From the IMG/VR virus record IMGVR_UViG_3300049594_000171, positions 1 through 43,310 of that record: a stretch of 43,310 nt of DNA; one strand, given 5' to 3'. Source of the DNA: a virus (taxonomy: Duplodnaviria; Caudoviricetes). The notes under the pieces were generated by a model. That model did no database searches. It saw only the letters and a program-made list of their open reading frames with translations, and had not been told where the DNA came from. Positions 19,420 to 28,997 of the stretch are shown here, piece after piece (within the stretch, counting starts at the first letter, position 1; every line of letters starts with the position of its first letter). The translations under genes and the position numbers were made by a program.

Positions 19420-19904
19420 ATTAAAGTCTTTCCCAAGCTCTCTATCAATGTGTTTCTTTTCAGAATTGCAAGCTCTAAATCTTCAAAGTATCCGAAGTTA
19501 TAGTTTTTACCATTAATCCTAAATTGCAAATGCCATTTTCTGTGAGTCTTGTTCCAAGTAATATATTTATGACCTGAAGTATTACCTTTAAAAGACTGAT
19601 TACTTTGGTTCTCACTGTTATTTACAAGTCTAAGATTCTCTATATGATTATTTAGAGGATTTCGATCAATATGGTCTATTTGGAGATTATTTTCAATCTC
19701 TCCAAAGAACATCTCATAGATTACTCTATGTGTATAAAATTTTCGACCAGAGAACTCAATGGCCTTATATTTGTTTCTTACTGTACCTGCTTTCTCACCT
19801 ACCTTTATTCTGCGCGAATAGGCTACTTTCCAATAAAGTTCACCATCTCTGTATTCAAAGATAGTGTTCCACAACTGTTTATTGAATCCATCCGAATCTT
19901 CCAT
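19416..19904 (-). CDS. free-standing HNH endonuclease with AP2-like C-terminus
   Basis: HRVIY...IDHIDRNPLNNHIENL...N; likely start MEDSDG. Confidence 0.85.
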   Translation of the reverse strand: MEDSDGFNKQLWNTIFEYRDGELYWKVAYSRRIKVGEKAGTVRNKYKAIEFSGRKFYTHRVIYEMFFGEIENNLQIDHIDRNPLNNHIENLRLVNNSENQSNQSFKGNTSGHKYITWNKTHRKWHLQFRINGKNYNFGYFEDLELAILKRNTLIESLGKTLI

Positions 19905-20088
19905 CAAACATTTCTCCTTTAGGGCGCGTCCAAATTCTTCCTTTAGAAGATACCTCAATATACACCACTACATCTTCCAACGTGGCCTCTACTTTAGCAA
20001 AACAAAGTATACGATAAAAGTTTCCAGTTTTGTGATGCACTACAAGATCACCTGGATCAAAAGAGATGTGAAGAGGGCTGATCGTCAT
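19879..20088 (-). CDS. DUF1653-like small protein
   Basis: HHKTGNFY...EATLE..VVY...WTRP..MFDGRF. Confidence 0.75.
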   Translation of the reverse strand: MTISPLHISFDPGDLVVHHKTGNFYRILCFAKVEATLEDVVVYIEVSSKGRIWTRPKGEMFDGRFGWIQ

Positions 20089-20353
20089 CTTTGTTTAAGA
20101 TAGCGTTATGCATCATTATACCTAGAAGTGCTGCCCAGGCAATATCGAGCAGTTCTTCTACTCTTGCCTGATTATGTAAGCGCTTATGGATAGCTTCGCG
20201 ATATTCCATTATTTCTTGATCCAAGATACCCATGCACTCGAAATCTGAAGACAGATGATTCCATCCTTTTTGTGTCAGACGATAGTCTATCTTTTGCTCC
20301 AGACTATCTAATGCTTTTACGAGATCTGTTGTTGAAAATTTAGGTCTATTCAT
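20057..20353 (-). CDS. MazG-like NTP pyrophosphohydrolase-fold protein
   Basis: E..EY...EELLDIA helical acidic motif. Confidence 0.55.
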   Translation of the reverse strand: MNRPKFSTTDLVKALDSLEQKIDYRLTQKGWNHLSSDFECMGILDQEIMEYREAIHKRLHNQARVEELLDIAWAALLGIMMHNAILNKDDDQPSSHLF

Positions 20354-20374
20354 TGGTGATCCTTTTCGACAGCG

Positions 20375-22354
20375 TCAGTGGCATTCATACCATGTTTTTC
20401 CAATTTTTGATTCTCCATTCATTATGTTCACTCCAAAAAGTTTAGGGCCTTCTATGAAAGCCTTCTTTGCCAGCTCAGCAGCGCGTTGTGCATACTCATC
20501 AGGTACCATAAAATCTAACTCATCGTGCATCATTATTAAAGGCTGATATGGTATGTTTTCTTCTCTCAACCATTTAGTTAAAAGTAAACAAGCTCCTGAT
20601 ACAGTTGCCTTTTCCGCTGCCTGTAAAAGATACACTAATAGTTTATGGTAGCTGTTCACATAGATTCTTTGTTCAGCAAGACCTATGATATAGCCTGGAC
20701 CACTCTGACTGGTCTTTCCATAAATATTTTCCAGCGTCTTCATTAGAGCCTCGAACCCGGGTACCTTCTTCAGAAAACCGTTCTTTAGTTTCTTACCCTG
20801 CTTTTCATCTAATACACCTGTGATATATAACCATAGCTTTCCACCAGATGCGCCAAACAAAAATGCATAAAGGATTCTTTTAGCCGCAGCTCTCTTAGTT
20901 CTAGCGATCGCCTTTTCTTGAGTATCTTTCTCGTCTTTTAATTTTATACCTTTCTTTACAATAAAGCCTGTCCAATCAAATCCGATTGCTTTTAATACTT
21001 CATCGAGAGCGCCTGCATTATAGGTGTGAATATCTCCATTAATCAGCTGATGTGTAAACTCCTCATTCTTCAGGTAATGTGCAAGCCCACGCGCTTGATT
21101 AGAAGCAGAGTCAGCGCCGATAAAGCTCCACCCTGGTAATACTGTAAAGAGATCACGCATTTCCTTACCCCAAGCTGCCTCTACTGATGGTACATTAACA
21201 ATGATAGAATGTCTAGAGCGAAAACTAGGTGTACCAATCGTAAAACAATCACCGTGTACACGATCATTCTCATCACAGTTAGCTAGCCACCCTTTTAGAA
21301 TAGCATGCCTAGCGCTTGTAGATAAATAATCAGCATATAACTTTCCATCACCACCTAGAAACTCAAGGCTCTCTTCAGTGATCTTTGGCGACATCTGGAC
21401 CTTCTCATACCCTTTATCTGTCTCGACTGTCTTCCAGTTAAACTCGATAGGTTGCCAGCCGTGACGATATAGAAAGGTCTTCATGTCAGTGGTACTGCCA
21501 ATCTCTAAAGGTTTAAACTCAACTCTACAGAAAGGCCCACAAAGCGTACGATCTTCTTCATCCAGAATACCCTCTTCTGCGAGGATCATCGGTAGTCGTC
21601 CTATTGTGTCCTTTTGAAACCAACTGACTGTGTGATGTGTATACTCACCATTCTTTTTGAACTTAGGTGTTTTAACTTCTACTTCGCCCTTGTCTAAATC
21701 TACTGCTACAGCTTTCATTCCTAAGAGTGGTGTGAGTTTATCTGCAGTCGCTTGTAATTCATCACCCATCTTCTTATACAACTCTTCAGCTTCCTTTCGC
21801 TTAAAGGGCCAACCTTTAAAACCAGCTTGAGCACTCCAAGTACCTACTGCGTGTTCTGCATTAATGTAGTACTTAAGACGATCAGGTTCTCTGGCTCTTC
21901 CAAGCATACCTGTAAGCTCTTTCATGAGTTCTCTATACACCTCAACGTTTAGCTCAACGTCAGAGATACAACGAGTTCTCATCTCTTCACTATATTGTGT
22001 CCAATCTTCGTGCTCTTGTTTTGGTTTGTTTAGATGCTCACCCCAAGCTTCAAGACTGTGTCTTCCTCCAAATCTACTATAGTCTAGAATCAATGATAGA
22101 AGCATGGTGTCAAGAAATCTGGTGGAATGTGATGGTGTCCATCCAAACAGTTTCTCAAGCGCAGGTATGTCGAAGTTTAGAATGTTATGGCCGACAAGCA
22201 GCTCTGCTTTACTAAAGACTTCTTTCCAACCTAAATCACCTTGTAGCCAATATTGCATTGTTCTTGTTTCAATGTTATATGCTGCAACTATCCAGCATGT
22301 AGAGCATGCGTGGAGTAAACCATTTGTTTCGATATCGAATACATATTTAGACAT
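20375..22354 (-). CDS. family A DNA polymerase with 3'-5' exonuclease
   Basis: FDIETNG exonuclease motif, motif A GADS...AR.LAHY, motif B RAAAKRILY, motif C MHDE. Confidence 0.96.
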   Translation of the reverse strand: MSKYVFDIETNGLLHACSTCWIVAAYNIETRTMQYWLQGDLGWKEVFSKAELLVGHNILNFDIPALEKLFGWTPSHSTRFLDTMLLSLILDYSRFGGRHSLEAWGEHLNKPKQEHEDWTQYSEEMRTRCISDVELNVEVYRELMKELTGMLGRAREPDRLKYYINAEHAVGTWSAQAGFKGWPFKRKEAEELYKKMGDELQATADKLTPLLGMKAVAVDLDKGEVEVKTPKFKKNGEYTHHTVSWFQKDTIGRLPMILAEEGILDEEDRTLCGPFCRVEFKPLEIGSTTDMKTFLYRHGWQPIEFNWKTVETDKGYEKVQMSPKITEESLEFLGGDGKLYADYLSTSARHAILKGWLANCDENDRVHGDCFTIGTPSFRSRHSIIVNVPSVEAAWGKEMRDLFTVLPGWSFIGADSASNQARGLAHYLKNEEFTHQLINGDIHTYNAGALDEVLKAIGFDWTGFIVKKGIKLKDEKDTQEKAIARTKRAAAKRILYAFLFGASGGKLWLYITGVLDEKQGKKLKNGFLKKVPGFEALMKTLENIYGKTSQSGPGYIIGLAEQRIYVNSYHKLLVYLLQAAEKATVSGACLLLTKWLREENIPYQPLIMMHDELDFMVPDEYAQRAAELAKKAFIEGPKLFGVNIMNGESKIGKTWYECH

Positions 22355-22377
22355 CTAAATTTTCCACGAGAAGCCTT

Positions 22378-22704
22378 CTATGGATATAAAGAAGGTGAAA
22401 TACTCCAGTATGCTACCTTATATTTATCCACAACACTTGAAGTTTTTACAAGAATATTTGAATCAAATAGTTCTATTATTGCTAATCTGCAAGCTTCCTT
22501 TTTAAGCCCAACGCAATCAGCTACAGCTTGGTGTGTTAAACCTGGATTAGCTTTTAAGTGATCTACGATTAGATCATATTGTTGTGATCTTAACTCTCGA
22601 TTGTTTTCAGGAATTAGATTCTTAGCATTTTGTAGTAACGTTTCTAAGGTTGGTTTATAAAGTAGCATTTTTACGAATTCATTTGTAAATTTAGGTTTTA
22701 TCAT
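22378..22704 (-). CDS. winged-helix DNA-binding protein
   Basis: HLKANPGLTHQAVADCVGLKKEACRLAIIEL; start MIKPK behind GGAG. Confidence 0.65.
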   Translation of the reverse strand: MIKPKFTNEFVKMLLYKPTLETLLQNAKNLIPENNRELRSQQYDLIVDHLKANPGLTHQAVADCVGLKKEACRLAIIELFDSNILVKTSSVVDKYKVAYWSISPSLYP

Positions 22705-22919
22705 ATAAATCTCCAATTCTCGTGGTCTGCAAAGCTGTACTCTACACCATCGTCTGATATTACAGAGAATATAGGTACTTCTCCACAATCTCCATCTGAA
22801 AAGAAGTCACTTATATAGAGTTTTCCTAGAACAAATACACCTGACTCCATTTCTAATTCTACACGTTTATTAGCATCACACCAGTCTGGCCAAAATGTAT
22901 TCCATTCTTTGTCAGGCAT
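22701..22919 (-). CDS. hypothetical protein
   Basis: 72-aa ORF, AGGAG RBS. Confidence 0.7.
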   Translation of the reverse strand: MPDKEWNTFWPDWCDANKRVELEMESGVFVLGKLYISDFFSDGDCGEVPIFSVISDDGVEYSFADHENWRFI

Positions 22920-23579
22920 TTACTCTCCTTTTGTTTTACGCAGTTCATCTATTAATTCCGTCTGTCTTTTAATAAGGCTTATATTGACTTTATCCAATTC
23001 TCTTAGCTTATCTCTTTCCTCTATGAGTGAGCCTAAGATCGATTTCGCTACCAGTACATCCGGACAATCAGATGTAGGATCCTTTTCAGATTGACGGAGA
23101 TTTTCAAGTTGTGTAATTCGTTGGTGTAGCTCTTTATTCTCTTCCTTACAAAAGTACTCACCAACAACTTTTGACCACTCCATCAATTTGTTAATAGCAT
23201 CCTTTGGATTGTCATTTCTTTCAAATACACCTAGATGTGTTACTATCATTTGTTCGTCAATAGCAGTTTCGAGTTCGGTTACGCGTTGTTGTAAACTATC
23301 GAACTTCTTTGTCACTGAAGATAGTTTATCTAAATCAGCATTTCGTTCTAGTGCTTCGTGTAATTCATCTCCTTCTCCTGTTACTGCGTCGAGTGCTTCT
23401 TCTGCGATCTTCCACAGAGTGCCTGTTTGATGTGAATCGCGTATCGTTCTAAGAGCTATTCTCAACCGCTGCTCTCTGGCTTGGCTGGCTTCACCTATAA
23501 AGTACTTTGCATTTACTGCACTAGGGTGATTCGCTGCCTCCAGTATTTGTTTCAGTTTCAGTACTGTTAATTGAGTCAT
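22920..23579 (-). CDS. coiled-coil hypothetical protein
   Basis: 219 aa with repeated L.QR.T.LE heptads. Confidence 0.75.
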   Translation of the reverse strand: MTQLTVLKLKQILEAANHPSAVNAKYFIGEASQAREQRLRIALRTIRDSHQTGTLWKIAEEALDAVTGEGDELHEALERNADLDKLSSVTKKFDSLQQRVTELETAIDEQMIVTHLGVFERNDNPKDAINKLMEWSKVVGEYFCKEENKELHQRITQLENLRQSEKDPTSDCPDVLVAKSILGSLIEERDKLRELDKVNISLIKRQTELIDELRKTKGE

Positions 23580-23841
23580 TTCTGCTTTTTACCTTGTTTT
23601 CACCTTCGATCGCTTTCTTTTGAAATGCCATCAGATCAATCTTTAAACCTAGTCCTTCAAGTGTCTGATCTTCCAGTAAGACCGTATCATCTTCTGTCAA
23701 GATATAAGCTTTAAAACCGGTAGGTCTTTCTGCTAACCAGACACGTACACCTCTTAATCCTTTTAAGAATGCATAACGAGTGAGGTCATTTTGAAACCAG
23801 TATTTGACACCTATCTCATTTACGAAGTCTGGTTCAGTCAT
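23521..23841 (-). CDS. hypothetical protein
   Basis: 106 aa, GAGG RBS. Confidence 0.7.
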   Translation of the reverse strand: MTEPDFVNEIGVKYWFQNDLTRYAFLKGLRGVRVWLAERPTGFKAYILTEDDTVLLEDQTLEGLGLKIDLMAFQKKAIEGENKVKSRNDSINSTETETNTGGSESP

Positions 23842-23842
23842 T

Positions 23843-24169
23843 TCAAACCTCTGGAGGAAGCGGCGGTAATAAAATAGCGGGATATTCTTTAGCTAAACGA
23901 ACGACTCTGCTTCCATAATCTTCAAATCGTTCTTTAGCCTCTTCCAATGAAGCGAATAAGTTATCAGAAATCCAATAGCTATATTCTTCCTTAATAACAG
24001 CTGGCCAATGAGGAACTAGTTCAGGTTCTCTGATTCTATATTCGAAGGTAGCATCCCAATTGACGCCTAGCCATTTAAACCAATAGTCTTCTTCAGCAGC
24101 TCTAACTTCTACAATTTTACCCATTTCTAGTGCTTCGAAAAGATCCTGCGGTTTCACTTGTGTACTCAT
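23843..24169 (-). CDS. hypothetical protein
   Basis: 108 aa in operon. Confidence 0.7.
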   Translation of the reverse strand: MSTQVKPQDLFEALEMGKIVEVRAAEEDYWFKWLGVNWDATFEYRIREPELVPHWPAVIKEEYSYWISDNLFASLEEAKERFEDYGSRVVRLAKEYPAILLPPLPPEV

Positions 24170-24385
24170 TTAATTATCCTTTACAGTAGATATTCGTTTA
24201 AATCTCTCATCAACAGCTTGGATTAAATCATCCAATCTTAAACGTGCCAGATCTAAATGTGTTATACAAAGTTTATTTGAGAGTTCGTACTCCGCCCTAG
24301 CTAAACACAATCTAATTAACTCAATTTGTTCAGCATTGTGTTTCAATTCCCCTTTAACCATTCCCAGATCTAAGTTTTCATTCAT
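24170..24385 (-). CDS. hypothetical protein
   Basis: 71 aa in operon. Confidence 0.65.
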   Translation of the reverse strand: MNENLDLGMVKGELKHNAEQIELIRLCLARAEYELSNKLCITHLDLARLRLDDLIQAVDERFKRISTVKDN

Positions 24386-25148
24386 GATCTTTAACGAACT
24401 TATTATCAGTTACAGTCTTCCATTTAGAGCGATCATCAATTAAGACTCCATTATGCTCCGCGTCAAGAAGAATAGCACAGCCAGCCATAACATGACCAAG
24501 GTGGTGAACACCGCTATCAGGCGCGGAGCGTTCTCCACTATACCACGCAATGAGATGACGAAGTATAGCATCGTAGAAGACAGCACTAGAAACACTACTA
24601 TCACGCCAATTAAAAAGACCATATTTTTCTGCTCCATTGTTCATTGCGGCTCCGAGACCTACCAGAGCAATCGGAGGGATAGGTGAGAATACGTGCTTCC
24701 CTTTCGCAGCTATATTTTTAAGGTTTTCTTTTAAGTTACCTTTTTTGTGAATATCTGTTAGGTGAACATCTGTTGTGTGAATATCTGTCTCTTCTTCATC
24801 GAAAGGATCCCATTTTTTGTGCTCAGCTTGTGAAACCTCGTCTCCACTATGTAACGCCTTGTCTACAGTTTCCACATAATCGTACCCAGACTTGTGTTCA
24901 GGCTTATGTTCAGGTTTTGGTGCGTCACGCCATTGGTAATCCCTAGCAAGTTTCTCTTGCCACTCTTCAATAGCTTCAAAGTCTCCGAGACAGTAAGATA
25001 AGAAATTCCTCTGTGTTGGTTCGCTGATCTTATTATCAAAAACTTTAACACAATCGCCTGGTTCAAATTGATGAATAATCTCTGATAGATTTGTTGTAAT
25101 GTCTTTTCGCTTATCATTTGAATCGTATAGTTCGTAGGTGTATCGCAT
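24378..25148 (-). CDS. dATP/dGTP diphosphohydrolase-domain protein (DUF5664-like) with N-terminal extension
   Basis: GAEKYG.FNWR, RHL..W..GE...DSG.HHLGH and DDR. Confidence 0.85.
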   Translation of the reverse strand: MRYTYELYDSNDKRKDITTNLSEIIHQFEPGDCVKVFDNKISEPTQRNFLSYCLGDFEAIEEWQEKLARDYQWRDAPKPEHKPEHKSGYDYVETVDKALHSGDEVSQAEHKKWDPFDEEETDIHTTDVHLTDIHKKGNLKENLKNIAAKGKHVFSPIPPIALVGLGAAMNNGAEKYGLFNWRDSSVSSAVFYDAILRHLIAWYSGERSAPDSGVHHLGHVMAGCAILLDAEHNGVLIDDRSKWKTVTDNKFVKDHE

Positions 25149-25198
25149 TAGCTTGTTCCTTTAGGATATGAAACACTGATATGTGAATACTGATATGT

Positions 25199-25228
25199 TA
25201 AATGCCGCACCCTAAGGCACGGCATTTT
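25199..25228 (-). terminator. intrinsic terminator after SSB
   Basis: AAATGCCGTGCC-TTAG-GGTGCGGCATTT hairpin, G-U pairs favour the minus strand. Confidence 0.6.
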
Positions 25229-25242
25229 GATGAGAGTCTTAT

Positions 25243-25797
25243 TTAGAAATCTGACATTGGATCTGGAATACCTTCTTCAATAGGTAAAGGAATTGTTTGA
25301 CCTTCGACCTTTTGGAAGAACTGGCGTTCTTTCGGTTTAAACACAATATGTTTAACTACTTGTAAGCCAGACAACAGTGAAGCAATCTTTACCTCTGTTG
25401 TACCTGGTTTCGTATACTCATATTGATATACTTGAATATTACAAATTGACTCATTTCCAATTGTATCCGGGTCAATATGATCAAGCTTGTAGTCCAGAAC
25501 AGGTACAGGCTTGGAAGGCTCACCTTTCTTATTCTTAGAGTTCTTGCTTAGCGTCATTACCCACGTCTTCTGACCGTCTTCATCAAGCAAAGGCTCGCCT
25601 TCTTGATCACCCTCTTTGTGGATCATCAGCTTAGGTTTCATCCCAAACTGTTCCCATTCTTTCTTTTGGTTAGCATCATGCGTCCGAAGCTGTACTTCCC
25701 AACGCGGATTTTCCTTGTCAAAAGTAGCGTTAGGCCGATCCGGATTAAGGCGGCAATAATATACTTTGCAATTGCTGACGGTAATAGTTCGATTCAT
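25243..25797 (-). CDS. T7 gp2.5-like single-stranded DNA-binding protein
   Basis: IGN.S...L.GLQV core, acidic tail ending in F, gene context. Confidence 0.75.
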   Translation of the reverse strand: MNRTITVSNCKVYYCRLNPDRPNATFDKENPRWEVQLRTHDANQKKEWEQFGMKPKLMIHKEGDQEGEPLLDEDGQKTWVMTLSKNSKNKKGEPSKPVPVLDYKLDHIDPDTIGNESICNIQVYQYEYTKPGTTEVKIASLLSGLQVVKHIVFKPKERQFFQKVEGQTIPLPIEEGIPDPMSDF

Positions 25798-25865
25798 TTT
25801 TTGTCCTTGAGGTTCTACTGTATGTTTTCGATAAGTAACGTTTAAATATGACTCTCATCGAGTCA

Positions 25866-25880
25866 TTAATTTAACGGGTT
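25866..25880 (-). promoter_or_regulatory. motif B AACCCGTTAAATTAA
   Basis: Exact copy upstream of SSB. Confidence 0.55.
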
Positions 25881-25884
25881 TGTG

Positions 25885-26085
25885 TCAATCAGTCTCGTCG
25901 AAGATATAATCCCAATCTTCTTTGGTGCAACCTGAGATAATGAACTCGCGTTCACCGTCTGTCAGGTGTGACAAAACTCTTTGAATTATAGCACCATTCT
26001 CTAATTCCTTTAACTGAGCTTCAGTCACATCAAGCTCTAACACATTCAATTGGCCAGTTACAGGACTAATACGTTCTATTCGCAT
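25885..26085 (-). CDS. hypothetical phage protein
   Basis: IQ....HLT..EREFIISG...EDWD motif. Confidence 0.75.
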   Translation of the reverse strand: MRIERISPVTGQLNVLELDVTEAQLKELENGAIIQRVLSHLTDGEREFIISGCTKEDWDYIFDETD

Positions 26086-26104
26086 ATACGTTTCCTATCT
26101 ACAT

Positions 26105-26587
26105 TTATGCACTATCCTTGTCATACAAACTCGTTTCCATATCATGTAATGGCCGCCAAGCTTGCCGCGTAAGTTCTATTGAGTGTACTATATTAGCAGT
26201 CACTAAATTCTGAGGTATGTAGTAGGTATCTCCTCCGCTGTTGTTGGTTACATTAAAAATTCCAACAAAAGCTGGATTATCACATACGTATTCACACATA
26301 TCAAAGGCATCAGCTGCTTTCAAGATATTCATGTAGAATCCATCGGAATCAACATGTCGAGTCTTGATATTTTCCAAGTCTTTAAAAGTCTCTATAAGCC
26401 AGAAGTGACCTCCGTACAGATACTCATAGGATTCTTTATCTTCTGTGTCTAAACGTAAGTTCATCAATGTAGTAGGAATTGATGAGCCGCATATTACATA
26501 ACCAATCCTACAAAATAAAGCTTCAGGGACCTCACCTGCTTTGTAAAGCGCGATAGTCTCGTAGAAGTTAGCGCCTAGTTGTTTCAT
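26105..26587 (-). CDS. hypothetical protein, paralog of intron-3 ORF 28378-28848
   Basis: GG...ET..DLE.I and T.N.GG..Y.IP..L shared. Confidence 0.8.
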   Translation of the reverse strand: MKQLGANFYETIALYKAGEVPEALFCRIGYVICGSSIPTTLMNLRLDTEDKESYEYLYGGHFWLIETFKDLENIKTRHVDSDGFYMNILKAADAFDMCEYVCDNPAFVGIFNVTNNSGGDTYYIPQNLVTANIVHSIELTRQAWRPLHDMETSLYDKDSA

Positions 26588-26832
26588 TGTAGCACCACTT
26601 TCTTTTCAGGCTCTTGTTCAGCTGCATCTTGCTCAGTCATACCTTGTCCAGCTGCGTCTTCTACAAGCGCAATACAAATACCTAGTGCTAGACTGATCTT
26701 CACGTCAAATAACTGAAACATATGCTCTGGACGAACACCTCCCATTAGCTCTTGTCGTTTCATTTGTTCTGAGATCTTTTGAATATCTGATCTGATGTTA
26801 CTAAGTAGTTGTTGTGCTTTTTCTTTTTCCAT
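26584..26832 (-). CDS. hypothetical protein
   Basis: 82 aa, AAGGA RBS. Confidence 0.7.
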   Translation of the reverse strand: MEKEKAQQLLSNIRSDIQKISEQMKRQELMGGVRPEHMFQLFDVKISLALGICIALVEDAAGQGMTEQDAAEQEPEKKVVLQ

Positions 26833-26846
26833 TATTGGTTCCTTTT

Positions 26847-27503
26847 TTAACTGAATGCGTATTCACTCTCTAGAATCTGACTTACATCTAATTTACCGAT
26901 TTCAATATTACTCAAATCTCCTTTAATAGTTGACATCAATTGCTTAAGCGGATCGGTCTTGTACAGCTCCACAAAAGATTCTCTTACTATTCTATATAAT
27001 GTAGACATATCTCCTAGCAAACACCCATAGGAATCATGGATTGTGGTTATCTCAAAATCACACATATAAGCTGTAAGCATTAAATGTGCCGCGTCTAGAC
27101 TATGGATAGCATTGGGGCTAGCGCCTTGAGATTGTTTACGTTTGCTATGTTTCGGCAACTCCAAGTGACAAACGAATAACTGGATGTCATTGTCAAAGTA
27201 ACCCGTTCGTGTATTTCTTGGTCCTGTCGGCGGACCATACTGTATGTGTACCTTCTTTACTGTACCCTCTGTGTAATGTTGAACCACAGGAAAGTTAGTT
27301 ACTGGTACTGTCCACCTTAAGAATCTACCTTCTTCTTCTGCAACTTTACCAGCTTGCTCGAAAGAAGATAAGAGACGCATCGGACGTTTCATACTGAATT
27401 CACATGTATTGAAAATCTCGCGACCTAAGAATGCACCCCACTTATGCTCCATGGCGAGTAGAAGTTGAATGCCGTGTTTCTTACTGTCATCGATGACCTG
27501 TTC
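26847..27503 (-). CDS. T7-like RNA polymerase exon 5
   Basis: Starts EQVIDD; PNAIHSLDAAHL and motif C IHDSYG. Confidence 0.93.
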   Translation of the reverse strand, partial: EQVIDDSKKHGIQLLLAMEHKWGAFLGREIFNTCEFSMKRPMRLLSSFEQAGKVAEEEGRFLRWTVPVTNFPVVQHYTEGTVKKVHIQYGPPTGPRNTRTGYFDNDIQLFVCHLELPKHSKRKQSQGASPNAIHSLDAAHLMLTAYMCDFEITTIHDSYGCLLGDMSTLYRIVRESFVELYKTDPLKQLMSTIKGDLSNIEIGKLDVSQILESEYAFS

Positions 27504-27954
27504 CGTTGTGTTAAGCAAGGTCGTTAGGCTTGCCCATTCTTACGAATGCTGCATGTTACCATGCAGACCAGACTATATCTTCATTTGATTTACTCAAATG
27601 CACCCCGTTTCGAGTAGACTTCTACTCTACGCCCTAAGGCTAGTCGTTGAACCTTCTATCTGTAGAGTATTCTTTTTCAGAATAAGCTCACCAATTCGAA
27701 TAGGGCTTAAGCTATGGTGGTGAATACATACATTATACAAGAAACGAGGTTCTTGTCTTGCAGGTCGACCACCACAGATATCGCAACATTCTTCTGTGAG
27801 ATACCCAAACATTTCGAAGTTTTTAGTAATCAGTTCTAAGCACGGATTCTTCATAAATCCTCCAAAATATAATAAATACAGTATAGCTTGGCTGCTGATT
27901 GACCTTACAGAAGGTTTCCCAGCAATTAAAGGTGTTTTAAATGGGCAAATACTT
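27504..27954 (-). mobile_element. group I intron 4 of RNAP (451 nt)
   Basis: P1 AAUGGGU/GCCCAUU with U-G at the splice site; ACGACTA, AAGATATAGTC, GNRA P9, terminal G. Confidence 0.9.
27627..27854 (-). CDS. intron-4-encoded 75-aa Cys/His-rich protein
   Basis: GGAGG RBS; CCDICGG...CIHHH; reads into the P7 core. Confidence 0.6.
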   Translation of the reverse strand: MKNPCLELITKNFEMFGYLTEECCDICGGRPARQEPRFLYNVCIHHHSLSPIRIGELILKKNTLQIEGSTTSLRA

Positions 27955-27980
27955 ACCCATTCCATATGGTGTAGCTCCAT
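27955..27980 (-). CDS. RNAP micro-exon 4 (26 nt; (Y)GATPYGMG)
   Basis: AT GGA GCT ACA CCA TAT GGA ATG GGT; follows a terminal G and ends in U. Confidence 0.9.
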
Positions 27981-28031
27981 CGTTTTGTTCAACAGTGTTC
28001 GTTAGACACTGCCCGCGTGGTGGCGTAAGTT

Positions 28032-28400
28032 TTATTTCTTTCGTCTTATTGTGTCTTTGTCATCAGGGTCAGCTGTTAGCCATATGTTTGGCCAAGAGCT
28101 GCAATGAGGTAACATATCATCATTTGCGAAATACAAATTAACAGGCTTATACCAGTAGAAATTTTTCTCAACATTAAGTTCAAAAGGAGCTGATCGAAAT
28201 GTAGGAGAGAATTGTCTAAAATTAGTATCTCCAATTCTTCGTATCACTAATGGCTCTACAGACATCACATAATAGAGACGAAAACCCATTGACGTGCTTC
28301 TTGCAAATCCACCTACTTCATATCGTTCAGCCTTGGCAGATCTGACGTATCTTCCGCAGAAGTAAGGTAAATCTTTCTTAGTTAGTTTGTTTATTTGCAT
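28032..28400 (-). CDS. intron-3-encoded basic hypothetical protein (122 aa)
   Basis: Overlaps the upstream cargo ORF; no nuclease motif seen. Confidence 0.7.
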   Translation of the reverse strand: MQINKLTKKDLPYFCGRYVRSAKAERYEVGGFARSTSMGFRLYYVMSVEPLVIRRIGDTNFRQFSPTFRSAPFELNVEKNFYWYKPVNLYFANDDMLPHCSSWPNIWLTADPDDKDTIRRKK

Positions 28401-28848
28401 TTTTCCAATACCCGTCTGTCTCTAAGATATGCTGTTCAATCAGGGCGTCTGCCCATAACTTACGAGGAATAAAATAAGAAGTCCCACCTGCATTACTTGT
28501 ACACAATAACAACATTGCCCATTCTGAGGATGGATCATCTTTAAGGTATCTAGCAACGTCCCAGCTTTGAACACTTTCAGTGCACTTGCCAGTAATACCC
28601 TCAATCTCCTCAAGATCCTCAACCGTTTCACATACTGAAGGTTGACCGCCGAGTGTTAAATCAAAATAATCTGGACTGTCATAATGCTCAGGTTCTTCTG
28701 TTTTAAAATAGTCAAAACGTTCTTTAACACCGACAGCGGGAACGTCATCCCAACAAAGTGCTTCTAACAATTCTTCCGCAATTTCAACGGGAATCGTCTT
28801 ATTCTCTACAGCATCTTCCAATTGTTTCAAATTCTGAAATTCAATCAT
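28378..28848 (-). CDS. intron-3-encoded acidic hypothetical protein (156 aa)
   Basis: GAGG RBS before MIEFQNL; paralog of 26105-26587. Confidence 0.8.
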   Translation of the reverse strand: MIEFQNLKQLEDAVENKTIPVEIAEELLEALCWDDVPAVGVKERFDYFKTEEPEHYDSPDYFDLTLGGQPSVCETVEDLEEIEGITGKCTESVQSWDVARYLKDDPSSEWAMLLLCTSNAGGTSYFIPRKLWADALIEQHILETDGYWKNANKQTN

Positions 28849-28997
28849 TTTATCCTCTTTGTCATTAGCTATCACTATTATCTGCCACCACAGCAGCTGC
28901 ATATCACTATGCAGACCAGACTATATCATCATGCAACGGTTTCATTGTTGCAAGGAGAGCGCTTCCTACGGACTTCCGTAGTACTCTACTCAGACAC

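Noticed and set aside
27627-27992. 121-aa ORF as listed in the ORF track
   Set aside because: Its 5' part crosses micro-exon 4 and intron structure; the RBS supports a start at 27854
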